NCBI GenBank assembly: GCA_964202905.1
Contig: CAXNJO010000006.1
Span: 160,001 to 224,000, forward strand
Origin: Polyangiales bacterium
GTDB taxonomy: Bacteria; Myxococcota_A; Polyangia; Polyangiales; JADJQN01
Direction: 5' to 3'
Length of the DNA stretch: 64,000 bases
Notes under the pieces: generated by a model
Databases searched by the model: none
Told to the model about the DNA's origin: nothing
The model's input: only the letters and a program-made list of their open reading frames with translations
Position numbers and translations under genes: made by a program
In this document: positions 9,812-19,459 of the stretch, piece by piece
Position numbering within the stretch: the first letter of the stretch is position 1
Layout: each line of letters starts with the position of its first letter

Positions 9812-10873
9812 TCAAGCGCCCGGGAGGGCGACGGTGACGTCCGGGAGCGTCCGCACGAAGTCGCCGCCGAGCGCGTGCGCCGGCGTCGTCGCGCCCGCGG
9901 TGACGGCCCCCGCGCGGACCTTGGCGACGATCGCGAGGGCGGACGCGACGGTGAAGGCGTAGCCCTCGCCGCAGCGCAGCGTGCCTTCGAGGCTGCGGCC
10001 CGCGCCGTCTTCGACGCGGCCCCAGACGAGCGAGCGGCCGCGCTCGCGGTCCTCGGCGGAGGGCGGGCTCACGCGCTCCTCGACCAGCTTGCGCAGCGCA
10101 CGCTGCACCGGCGCCGCGCCCAGCGCGGGCAGCGCGAACCGGAGCGCGCGCGCCGCCGCGATGACCGCGGGCGGGAAGGTCATGTACACGGTGATGTCGG
10201 GGATGCCCGTCGTGCGCCACGCGCTCGCGACGTCGCCCCACGCGGCCGCCATCGCCTTGCGGGGCGCGCCGTCGAAGTCGATCGTGCGGACGAGCGGCGC
10301 GATCGGCGTGATGCGTCCGCCGCGCCGCGCGAGCGTGCCGCGCGGCAGCGACTCGAGCGCGCTCTTCGCGGTGCCCTGGCTGACCTTCACCTCGGCCGCG
10401 ATCCCCAGCTCGAGCCGCGTCGCGCCGGGCAGGCGGGCCGCGAGCAGGGCTGCGAGGCAGTCCGTCGGCACCACGTCGAAGCCGACACCGGGCATCACGA
10501 CGACGCCGCGCGCCTTCGCCTCGTCGTCGCGCGCGTAGCAGGCCTCGAAGACGTCGATCTCCCCCGTGATGTCGAGGTAGTGCGCGCGCTCGGCGAGGCA
10601 GGCGTCGAGCATCGGGCGGCTCGTCGCCGAGAACGGCCCCGCGCAGTGCAGCACGAGCCCCATCCCCGCGACGCCCTCGCGCACGGCGTGCGCGTCGTCG
10701 AGCGGGAACGCGCGAAAGGGCAGCCCCAGGCGCCCGGCGATGGGGCGGAGCTTCAGCGCGTCACGCCCCGCGAGCACGGGCTTCTGGCCCTGCTCGGCCG
10801 CGCGCTCGGCGAGGAGCAGCCCCGTGTACCCGCTCGCGCCGTAGATCATCCACTCGCGTCCCGAGTTCGGCAT
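9812..10873 (-). CDS. Saccharopine dehydrogenase-like NADP-binding oxidoreductase
   Basis: IYGASGYTG, LHCAGPF, HYLDITGE and GVGFDVVPTDCLA. Confidence 0.9.
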   Translation of the reverse strand: MPNSGREWMIYGASGYTGLLLAERAAEQGQKPVLAGRDALKLRPIAGRLGLPFRAFPLDDAHAVREGVAGMGLVLHCAGPFSATSRPMLDACLAERAHYLDITGEIDVFEACYARDDEAKARGVVVMPGVGFDVVPTDCLAALLAARLPGATRLELGIAAEVKVSQGTAKSALESLPRGTLARRGGRITPIAPLVRTIDFDGAPRKAMAAAWGDVASAWRTTGIPDITVYMTFPPAVIAAARALRFALPALGAAPVQRALRKLVEERVSPPSAEDRERGRSLVWGRVEDGAGRSLEGTLRCGEGYAFTVASALAIVAKVRAGAVTAGATTPAHALGGDFVRTLPDVTVALPGA

Positions 10874-11002
10874 CGCGCGCGCAGCTTACACGCATGGCCG
10901 ACGCGCGGCCCTCCGCCTCGCGCGCCTCGCATCGGGCTCGTGCACGTCGCCGCCGCGCGGTTCCCCTTGCGCGCGGCGGGGCGCGCCCCGATGCTCCGCG
11001 CC

Positions 11003-11713
11003 ATGGCGGACAAGCTCCACACGACGATGGACGGGCGCGTGCTGCGCGTGCGGCTCGACGACGGGAAGGCGAACACGATCGAGGCGCGCTGGGTCGCGGA
11101 GCTCGCGGCCGCGCTCGACGCGGCGGAGCAGGGCGCGGGCTCGGTGCTCCTCGAGGGCCGCGCGGGTCGCTTCTGCGCCGGGCTCGACCTCAAGGTGTTG
11201 CCGACGCTCGGGCGCGACGCGCTCATCGACTTCGTGCGCTCGTATCAGGAGCTGATGCTGCGGCTCTTCCTGTTCCCGCGGCCCGTCGTCGCGGCGATCG
11301 GCGGTCACGCCATCGCAGGCGGCGCGATCCTCGCGCTCGCGAGCGACTTCCGCGTGATGGCCGAGGGCGCGTTCCAGATCGGGCTGCGCGAGGTCGCGAT
11401 CGGGATCCCGCTGCCGACCTTCGGCTGCGAGCTCGCGAAGGCGACGATGCCGCCGACCTCGTGGACGGGCGCGGTGCTCCGCGGCGAGCTCTACGCGCCC
11501 GAGGCCGCCCTCGCGCGCGGCATGGTCGATCGCGTGGTGCCAGCGGCCGAGCTCGAGGCGAACGCGCTCGCCGAGGCGCGCCTGCTCGCGCAGCTGCCCG
11601 ATCGCGCCTTCGCGCAGACCAAGGTCATGCTGCGCGCCGAGTTCGCGCAGCGCATCCGCGACGCCGCCGAGCGCGACCTGCACGAGCTGACCGCCGCGAT
11701 CCCCGCGGGCTGA
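11003..11713 (+). CDS. Crotonase-family protein (enoyl-CoA isomerase-like)
   Basis: DDGKAN, FCAGLDL, GHAIAGGAILAL and IGLREVAIG. The first catalytic Glu of hydratases is absent (GGAIL), which favours an isomerase. Confidence 0.88.
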   Translation: MADKLHTTMDGRVLRVRLDDGKANTIEARWVAELAAALDAAEQGAGSVLLEGRAGRFCAGLDLKVLPTLGRDALIDFVRSYQELMLRLFLFPRPVVAAIGGHAIAGGAILALASDFRVMAEGAFQIGLREVAIGIPLPTFGCELAKATMPPTSWTGAVLRGELYAPEAALARGMVDRVVPAAELEANALAEARLLAQLPDRAFAQTKVMLRAEFAQRIRDAAERDLHELTAAIPAG

Positions 11714-11770
11714 GCAGGCCCGTCACGCGTCGCGGGCGCCCGCGCGGGCCCGGCGACTGAAGGGTGATTC

Positions 11771-14084
11771 ATGGGCTACTTCGATTGGCTGCACGGGCGC
11801 TGGCCGGCGGGCACGGTGGAGGCGCTGCCTGAGGTGGCGCCGGACGGCACCACGCGCATCCCGGGCCTGCGCGTCGTCGGCGATCTCACAGGCGTGCCTC
11901 TTCTGAAGTTCGCAGCCGATTCCGGGGCGCGCGCGGTGCAGGCCATCCTCGCGGAGCCCGACTTCATGGCGCGCCGCGGGAAGACGCCCGGCGTCGTCGA
12001 CGTGGCGATCCTCGGCGCGGGCGTGTCGGGGCTCGCGGCGGCGCTCGAGGCGCGGAAGGCGGGGCTCGAGGTCGCGTGGCTCGAGGCGCGCGCGCCCTTC
12101 GCGACGATCGCGGATTTCCCCCTCAAAAAGCCCATCTACACGTACCCGAACGACTTCGCGCCCGCGGGGGGCGTGTCGCTCGAGGCCGTGTCGCGCGAGG
12201 GGCTGCTCGCGGACCTCGAGGCGCAGCGCGCCGAGGCGGGGCTCGTGCCGACCCGTCGCGCGGGTCTCGCACGTCGACCACCGCGTCGGCGTGCTCGTCG
12301 TGAACGCGCAGGGCGACGACGGCCCGGCGCACGTGAGCGCGCACCGCGTGATCGTCGCGCTCGGCCGGAGCGGCGATCACCGCACGCTCGGCGTGCCCGG
12401 CGAGACGCGCGCGGGCGTCTCGCATCGCCTGCACGATCCGGCCGATTTCGCGGGTCGCGACGTGCTCGTCGTCGGCGGCGGCGACAGCGCCGTGGAGGCG
12501 ACGGCGGCGCTCGCCGAGGCCGGCGCCCGCGTCACGCTCGCCCACCGCGGCGCGTCGCTCACGCGCCCGAAGCCCGAGAACCTCGCGCGGCTCGCGGCGC
12601 TCGTCGCCCGTGCGTCGTCCGAGGGCGAGGCTCCGCGCCCCACGCTGCATGTGCGCGCGGGAACGACGGTGCGCGCGATCGACACGCACTCCGTGACGCT
12701 CGTCGGGCCCGACGGCGCGGCGGCGTCGATCGCGAACGACGCCGTCCTCGTGATGATCGGGCGGGAGGCGCCGCTCGACTTCTTCCGCCGCTCGGGCGTG
12801 CCGATCCGCGGCGAGTGGCGCCCCGCGACGTGGCTCACGCTCGCCTTCGCGCTCGCGCTGTGCACGCTCGTCTACACGTGGAAGAGCGGCGGCGCGGTGA
12901 CGCGCTTCTTCGAGACGCGCGGCTGGTTCCCCTTCGGCCTGCCCGCGGCGCTCGGCGCGCTCGGCGACGATCCCGCGACGCTCCTCGGCACGCTGCGCAT
13001 CTCGCTCGGTCAGCCCGGCTTCCACTACTCGCTCGCCTACACGGCGGCCGTCGTCGCGTTCGGCCTCCGCCGCATGCGCCGCCGCCGCACGCCCTATGTA
13101 AAGGCGCAGACGCTCACCCTCATGGCGGTGCAGGTCGTCCCGCTCTTCCTGCTGCCGTACCTGCTGCTCCCGTGGCTCGGACACAATGGCATCTTTGAAG
13201 ATGGCGTCGGTCGATACGTCGCCGATCAGCTCTTCCCCGCCGTGAGTTGGGACCCGCACGGGCGCGAGTACTGGCGCGCGTTCGGCTTCGTCCTCGCGTG
13301 GCCGCTCTTTCTCTGGAATTTCTTCACCGCGCAGCCGCTCGGCTGGTGGCTCGCGATCGGCGGCGTGCAGACCTTCGTCGTCATCCCGCTGATCGTCTGG
13401 CGCTGGGGGAAGGGCGCGTACTGCGGCTTCATCTGCTCCTGCGGCGCGCTGGCGGAGACGCTCGGCGACGCGCACCGCGAGAAGATGCCGCATGGCCCCT
13501 TCTGGAATCGCCTGAACATGGTCGGCCAGGCCCTGCTCGCGGTGGTCACCGGGCTCTTCGCGCTGCGCGTCGTCGCGTGGACGTGGCCCGCGACCGCGCT
13601 CGGTCGCCGCGCCGCCGCGCTCTTCCAGACGCTGCTCACCGACTTCGACGTCCTCGGCGTACCGCTCGACTACTACCACTTCGTCGACGTCTTCCTCGCG
13701 GGCATCGTCGGCGTCGGCCTCTACGTCCACGTCTCCGGGCGCGTCTGGTGCCGCTTCGCGTGCCCGCTCGCCGCGCTGATGCATCTCTACGCGCGCTTCA
13801 GCCGCTTCCGCATCTTCGCCGACAAGAAGAAGTGCATCTCCTGCGGCGCCTGCACCGCGACGTGCCACCAAGGCATCGACGTGATGGGCTTCGCGAGCCG
13901 CGGCGCGCCCATGGAAGACCCACAGTGCGTGCGCTGCTCGGCGTGCGTGCAGGCGTGCCCGACGGGCGTGCTCACCTTCGGCCGCGTCGGCGCGGACGGC
14001 GCGCCCGTGTACGACGCGCTCGCGGCCTCGCTCGTCCCGCAGCGCGAAGGCGCGGCGAAGCGGCGGCTTCCGCTCGTGCGCTGA
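11771..14084 (+). CDS. FAD/NAD(P)-dependent oxidoreductase fused to a polytopic membrane 4Fe-4S (NapH/FixG-like) domain and ferredoxin; frameshift at about 12252-12254
   Basis: GDLTGVPLLK and ILGAGVSG in frame 11771. Removing one C in 'accc' joins it to the frame with VVGGGDSAVE, TM helices, YCGFICSCG, WCRFACP, CISCGACTATC and CVRCSACVQACP. Confidence 0.82.
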
Positions 14085-14137
14085 GCGGCGCGTGCCCCGT
14101 CGGCGGTGATCGCGCGCGGCGGTGATATCGTCGCGCG

Positions 14138-16174
14138 ATGTTCCGCGTCCTGCCCTCGCGATCCGCCGCTCTGCGCTCGTCTCGCTCGACACTCCTGCTC
14201 GCCGCGCTCGCGCTCTCCGCGTGCGGCGACGATGACGGGAGCGGCCCGCCGCCCGATCCGTGCGCCGCCGTCACGTGCGAAGCGGGCTACGCGTGCGACG
14301 CCGCCGTCGGGGCCTGCGCGCCCGTGGCGGTCTGCGACCCCGCTGCGACGGGCTGGGACGGAATACGTCCCACCTTCCGCGACGCCACGGAGGCGAGCGG
14401 GCTCCTCGCGGCGGGCGCGCTCGGCCAGCGCATCAACGCCGTCGACTTCGACGGCGACGGCTTCGCGGACCTCGCGATCCGCGCGGGCGGCACGGGGCAC
14501 GACGACGTCGCGATGGGCACGCGCGTGACGTGGCTGCTCCGCAACCGCGGCGACGGCACCTTCGAGGACGTCACCGAGGCGTCCGGCATCCGCACGCCGC
14601 GCCTCCCGCAGGGGCCGGGCGTCGGGCGCCCCGGTGAGGTGTGGGCCTTCGGCGACGTCGACAACGACGGCGACCTCGACGTGTACCAGGGCGTCAACCG
14701 CACCGACGTCGCCGCCGTGCTCGGCGAGACGAGCGAGCTGTTGCTCAACGACGGCGCGGGCCGCTTCGTGCTCGGCCCGGAGGCGGGCGAGCTGCGTCTG
14801 ATGGGCGCGGACACGCCCGCGGGCGCGTCCTTCGTCGACGCCGACCGCGACGGACAACTCGACCTCTGGGTCGCGCAGAACGGCGGCTCGCAGCCGGGCG
14901 CGCAGTCGCGGCTCTTCCGCGGCGACGGCGCGGGTTTCTTCGCGGACATCACCGCGGCGTCGGGGCTCACGACGCAGTCGTGGCGCTCGTTCGCCGGCAT
15001 CAACGAGGGGCGCGGACACGCGCGCTCGTGGTCGTCCGCCGCGTGCGATCTCGACGGAGACGGCACGACGGAGTTGCTCGCCGCGAGCTACGGCCGCGCG
15101 CCGAACCTGCTCTTCCAGGGCGTGCGCGCGGGCGACGGAGCGCTCTCCTTCACGAACCGGAGCGTGTCCTCTGGATACGCTTACGATGGTGTTCGCGAGT
15201 GGACCGACAACCAGTTCGCGCGCTGCTTCTGTCAGGCGAACCGCACGGCGGATGGCTGCGCGACGGTGCCCGCGCCGGCCATCAGCTCGTGTCCCCCGAA
15301 CTGGACGCACGAGCAGGATCGCGAGGCGTTCCGGCTCGGCGGCAACTCGGGCACGACGGTCTGCGCGGACATCGACAACGACGGCGACATCGATCTTCTC
15401 ACCACGGAGATCCAGCACTGGTGGGCCGGCACCGGCGCCGACCGCGCCGAGTGGCTGCTCAACACGGGCGAGCCCGAGGCGCGCTTCGAGCGGCCGGGCC
15501 GCGCCGCGCAGGGCTGGGATGTGCCGCACCCCGGGGCGTCGTGGGACGAGGGCATCATGACGGCGGCCGCGTTCGACTTCGATGGCGACGCGCGCCGCGA
15601 CTTCTACCTCGGCGGCTCCGACTACGCGGGCAACCACGGCATGCTCTTCCACCAGGGCGGGGGCGGACAATTCGCGGCCGTGCCGATCGAGCTCGGCATC
15701 GATCACCACCGCAGCCACGGCGTCGCGGTCGCGGACTTCGATCGCGACGGCGACCTCGACGTCGTCGTCGGCCACTCGCGCTCGCGCTGCGACGCCTCCG
15801 CGCCCGACGACTGCTACGCGACGACGCAGGTCCGCTACTTCGAGAACGTCTCGCCCCCGCAGAACTTCGTGCAGCTCGCGCTCGTCGGCGCCGCGGGCAC
15901 GAACCGCAGCGCGATCGGCGCGCGCGTCCGCGTGACCGCGGGCGGCGTCACGCAGACGTTCGACGTCGGCGGCGGTCACGGGCACTACGGCATGCAGGAC
16001 GACCTCGTCGTGCACGCGAGCCTCGGCACCGCGTGCGAGGCGACGATCACCGTGCGCTGGCCCGACGCGGCGCTCACCACCGAGACGTTCACGCTCCCGG
16101 CGGGCCACCGCTACCGGCTCACGCAGGGCGCAGCGCCCGCGGCCGCCGACGTGCCTTCGCCCGCGGGCCCCTGA
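14138..16174 (+). CDS. CRTAC1-like lipoprotein (FG-GAP/VCBS repeats + ASPIC/UnbV domain)
   Basis: Lipobox LSAC; repeated DxDxDGxxDL motifs; C-terminal [11 protein letters not shown]...GGGHGHYG. Confidence 0.88.
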   Translation: MFRVLPSRSAALRSSRSTLLLAALALSACGDDDGSGPPPDPCAAVTCEAGYACDAAVGACAPVAVCDPAATGWDGIRPTFRDATEASGLLAAGALGQRINAVDFDGDGFADLAIRAGGTGHDDVAMGTRVTWLLRNRGDGTFEDVTEASGIRTPRLPQGPGVGRPGEVWAFGDVDNDGDLDVYQGVNRTDVAAVLGETSELLLNDGAGRFVLGPEAGELRLMGADTPAGASFVDADRDGQLDLWVAQNGGSQPGAQSRLFRGDGAGFFADITAASGLTTQSWRSFAGINEGRGHARSWSSAACDLDGDGTTELLAASYGRAPNLLFQGVRAGDGALSFTNRSVSSGYAYDGVREWTDNQFARCFCQANRTADGCATVPAPAISSCPPNWTHEQDREAFRLGGNSGTTVCADIDNDGDIDLLTTEIQHWWAGTGADRAEWLLNTGEPEARFERPGRAAQGWDVPHPGASWDEGIMTAAAFDFDGDARRDFYLGGSDYAGNHGMLFHQGGGGQFAAVPIELGIDHHRSHGVAVADFDRDGDLDVVVGHSRSRCDASAPDDCYATTQVRYFENVSPPQNFVQLALVGAAGTNRSAIGARVRVTAGGVTQTFDVGGGHGHYGMQDDLVVHASLGTACEATITVRWPDAALTTETFTLPAGHRYRLTQGAAPAAADVPSPAGP

Positions 16175-16176
16175 CC

Positions 16177-17019
16177 GTGCGGCAGTACCACGCGCTGCTC
16201 GCGTCGCTGCTCGAGCATGGCCGCGAGCGCAGCGACCGCACCGGCACGGGCACCCTCGGGCTCTTCGGCGCGCAGCTCCGCTTCGATCTGCGCGAGGGCT
16301 TCCCGCTCCTCACGACGAAGAAGTTGCACGTCAAATCGATCGTCCACGAGCTGCTGTGGTTCCTGCGCGGCGAGACGAACGTCGCGTCGCTCCAGGCCGA
16401 GGGCGTGCGGATCTGGGACGAGTGGGCGACGCCCGCGCAGACGGCGCGCTTCGGTCGCGCGCCCGGCGAGCTCGGCCCCGTGTACGGGCACCAGTGGCGC
16501 AACTTCGGCGCGACGCGCCGCGCGGATGGCACCTACGAGCGCGACGGCGTCGACCAGATCGCGCGCATCGTCGATCAGATCCGGACGAACCCGAGCAGCC
16601 GGCGCCTGCTCGTGACCGGCTGGAATCCGCGCGAGGCCGACGAGGTCGCGCTCCCGCCCTGCCACACGCTCTTCCAGCTCTACGTGCAGGATGGCGCGCT
16701 GAGCTGTCAGCTCTACCAGCGCTCGGCCGACGTCTTCCTCGGCGTGCCCTTCAACATCGCGAGCTACGCGCTGCTCACGCAGATGATCGCGCACGTCACC
16801 GGCCTCGTGCCGCACGAGTTCGTCCACACCTTCGGCGACGTGCACCTCTACAAGAACCACGTGGAGCAGGCGCGCTTGCAGCTCACGCGCGCGCCGCGTC
16901 CGCTGCCGCGCATGCGCCTCGACCCTTCGGTGCGCGACCTCGTCGACTTCCGCTTCGAGCACTTCGCGCTCGAGGGCTACGATCCGCACCCGCGCATCAA
17001 GGCGGACGTCAGCGTGTAG
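16177..17019 (+). CDS. thyA: Thymidylate synthase
   Basis: [51 protein letters not shown] and HLYKNH; GTG start at 16177. Confidence 0.97.
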   Translation: MRQYHALLASLLEHGRERSDRTGTGTLGLFGAQLRFDLREGFPLLTTKKLHVKSIVHELLWFLRGETNVASLQAEGVRIWDEWATPAQTARFGRAPGELGPVYGHQWRNFGATRRADGTYERDGVDQIARIVDQIRTNPSSRRLLVTGWNPREADEVALPPCHTLFQLYVQDGALSCQLYQRSADVFLGVPFNIASYALLTQMIAHVTGLVPHEFVHTFGDVHLYKNHVEQARLQLTRAPRPLPRMRLDPSVRDLVDFRFEHFALEGYDPHPRIKADVSV

Positions 17020-17035
17020 GCGAAGCGCGCGCCGC

Positions 17036-18109
17036 TCAGTTCACCGACTGGAACGCGCCCGCGATCGGCGCCTGCGCCCCGACGATGTACTGCGCGCGGC
17101 GGTTGCGCGCCTCGGCGGTGTCGTCCGGCGTCGGCACCGCGAGCGACGACTCACCGAGCCCGCGCGCGAGGACGGGGATGGTCAGGCCGCCGCGCCGCCG
17201 GAACCAGCGCGCGATGGCGAGCGCGCGCCGCTCGGAGAGGCGCGCGTTGTCCGCCGGGCTGCCGACGGTGTCGGTGTGGCCGAGCACGTAGAGCTTCGCC
17301 TGCAGATCCGCGCCGTGCTGGCGGACGGCCGCGAGGATGCGCTGGTAGGCGGCCTCGAGCTTCGGCTCTTCGCCGGGACGCACGAGGTCGCTCGCGGTCT
17401 CGAAGACCACGTCGTCGTGCGGAATGTCGACGCTGAAGGGCACGATCTCCATCTCCGTCCACGACTCGGAGGTGTCGAAGGCGCGCACCGTGAGCCTGCC
17501 CGCCGCGCGCGCGAGCGCGGGCCACGCGAGCGTGAGCGGGCTGCGCGGCGGCGCGCCCTGCAGGTCGGTCGTCGCCGTGTGCAGCAGGCTGCCGGCGGCG
17601 TCGGTGATCGTGAGCAGCGCGCGCCCGGCGGGGTTGGTGAGCGTGAAGCGGAGCGTGCGCGCCTCGAGGTCGACGTCCGCCTTGCGGAGCAGGATCTGCA
17701 AGCCCCGCGTCGCGGTCACGGTCGTCTCGAAGGAGAGGCTCGCGCGGCCCTCGGCCGTCTGCCCCGAGACCTCGACGCGCAGCGGGTGCACGCCCGGCGT
17801 GAGGCGGAAGGGCAGCACCTTCGTCGTGCCGCCGCGCACGGTCCCGAGCGGGCGCGTGAGCACGGCGCGACCGCCCTCGCGCGCGACGAGGCGCATGCCC
17901 CGCACGTCGGCGCTGACCGACACCGTGAAGGTCGGCTGCGCGCGCTCGAGATCGACGAGCTCGCTCACCTCGACGGCGACCGGCAGGGCGGCCTGCGCGT
18001 CCACGCGCGACGGCGCCGCGAGGAGCCCGAGCGCGAGCGTGAGCGCGGGGACGATGGCGCGGAGCGCGTGCGCAGCAGGTAGCGGGGCGGGGAGCGTGGC
18101 GTGGCGCAT
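17036..18109 (-). CDS. OmpA-family (peptidoglycan-binding C-terminal domain) exported protein
   Basis: Signal peptide; GHTDTVGSPADNARLSERRA and ARNRRA motifs. Confidence 0.88.
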   Translation of the reverse strand: MRHATLPAPLPAAHALRAIVPALTLALGLLAAPSRVDAQAALPVAVEVSELVDLERAQPTFTVSVSADVRGMRLVAREGGRAVLTRPLGTVRGGTTKVLPFRLTPGVHPLRVEVSGQTAEGRASLSFETTVTATRGLQILLRKADVDLEARTLRFTLTNPAGRALLTITDAAGSLLHTATTDLQGAPPRSPLTLAWPALARAAGRLTVRAFDTSESWTEMEIVPFSVDIPHDDVVFETASDLVRPGEEPKLEAAYQRILAAVRQHGADLQAKLYVLGHTDTVGSPADNARLSERRALAIARWFRRRGGLTIPVLARGLGESSLAVPTPDDTAEARNRRAQYIVGAQAPIAGAFQSVN

Positions 18110-18166
18110 CGCGCGAGGGTAGCGCGTCGCGGCGGGTCGTCGGCGCCCGTGTCACGCTCGCCGCGC

Positions 18167-18664
18167 ATGACGGCCGCGCTCTCGCCCCTCTCGCTCATCG
18201 CCGCGGTTGCGCGCGACGGCGTCATCGGCCGCGACGGCGCGCTGCCGTGGCACCTGCCCGAGGACCTGCGGCACTTCAAGCGCCTCACGCGCGGCCACGC
18301 GATCGTCATGGGCCGGCGCACCTTCGCGTCGATCGGCCGCGCGCTGCCCGAGCGCCGCAACCTCGTCGTCTCGCGCACGCTCGCGGCCGCGCCGCCGGGC
18401 GTCGAGGTGTTCCCCTCGCTCGAGGCCGCGCTCGACGCCGCGCGCGCGACGGACCCGGAGCCCTTCGTCATCGGGGGCGCGGCGCTCTACGCGGAGGCGC
18501 TCCCCCGCGCGACGACGTTGCACCTCACCGAGCTCGACCGCGACGTGCCGGGCGACGTGCGCTTCCCGGCCTTCGATCGCGCTGCGTTCCGGGTCGCCGA
18601 TCGCCGTCCGGCCGAGTCGGCGCCCGACGTGTGGTTCGTCACGCTCGTGCGCCACGCGCCCTGA
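18167..18664 (+). CDS. folA: Dihydrofolate reductase
   Basis: LIAAVARDGVIG, LPWHLPEDLRHFK, IVMGRRTF, LPERRNLVVSR, VIGGAALY and GDVRFP. Confidence 0.96.
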   Translation: MTAALSPLSLIAAVARDGVIGRDGALPWHLPEDLRHFKRLTRGHAIVMGRRTFASIGRALPERRNLVVSRTLAAAPPGVEVFPSLEAALDAARATDPEPFVIGGAALYAEALPRATTLHLTELDRDVPGDVRFPAFDRAAFRVADRRPAESAPDVWFVTLVRHAP

Positions 18665-18746
18665 ACCGTTTTTGCTGGGTTTTCTGGCCGTTCGTCGCGC
18701 ACTGCCGCGAGGCGGGAGCAGGATCGTTCCACCCGCAGGTCGAAAG

Positions 18747-18762
18747 GACTGACACGCCAGTC
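18747..18762. promoter_or_regulatory. Imperfect palindrome GACTGAC-ac-GCCAGTC, candidate TetR operator upstream of the lipid operon
   Basis: 7-bp arms with one mismatch, 26 nt upstream of the first ATG (18789); the operon ends in a TetR gene. Confidence 0.5.
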
Positions 18763-18788
18763 TAGTTCCGTGCTAGCCGTTCGCGCCC

Positions 18789-19448
18789 ATGGACACAGCG
18801 GCTTTCTATCGGGTCGAAGGCGCCATCGTCGGCCGTCCGGCCCTCGCGGCGGCGGCCTATCTCGTCGGCAACGCGCAGCACGTGCGCGATCGGATCCTCC
18901 GGCTCGGCGGCGTCGCGGCCTCGCTGCCCCTCGCGCTCGGCGGCGACCGGACGCTCGCGGCGCGCGTCGCGTGGATGGGCCTGCGCGGCATGAGCGAGGA
19001 CCGGCTCGCGGTGCTCGGCGAGGAGTACGGCGACCGCTACCTCGTGCCGGAGATCAAAGACCTCGCGCGGCAGCTCATCGCCGAGTCGCGCGCCCGCAAG
19101 CACCGCATCGTGCTCGTGAGCGACTCGCTCGACGTCGTGGTCGGGCCGCTCGCGCGCGCGCTCGGCGTGCCCGCGGCGGACCTCGTCGCCAACCGCGCCG
19201 AGCTCAACGCCGAGGGCCGCGCGACGGGGCGCCTCGCGGATCCGATCGTCGGTGGCGCCGTCGGCGGCACCTGGGTGCGCGCGTTCGCGAAGGAGCGCGG
19301 CATCGACCTCGAGCGCTCGTTCGTCTACGGCGCGAGCGGCGACGACGGCCTGCTGCTCTCGGCAGTGGGGCATGCGTGCGCGGTGACGCCGGACCGCGCG
19401 CTGCGGCGGCTCGCCCGCGACAACGGTTGGCCCGTGGTGGAAGCGTGA
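18789..19448 (+). CDS. HAD-IB (SerB/PSP-like) family protein with degenerate catalytic motifs
   Basis: HAD-IB layout (AAFYRVEGAI, IVLVSDS, GIDLERSFVYGASGDDGLLLSAVGHACAVTPD), but the motif I DxD is replaced by RxE. Confidence 0.8.
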   Translation: MDTAAFYRVEGAIVGRPALAAAAYLVGNAQHVRDRILRLGGVAASLPLALGGDRTLAARVAWMGLRGMSEDRLAVLGEEYGDRYLVPEIKDLARQLIAESRARKHRIVLVSDSLDVVVGPLARALGVPAADLVANRAELNAEGRATGRLADPIVGGAVGGTWVRAFAKERGIDLERSFVYGASGDDGLLLSAVGHACAVTPDRALRRLARDNGWPVVEA

Positions 19449-19459
19449 AGGAGGAGCAG

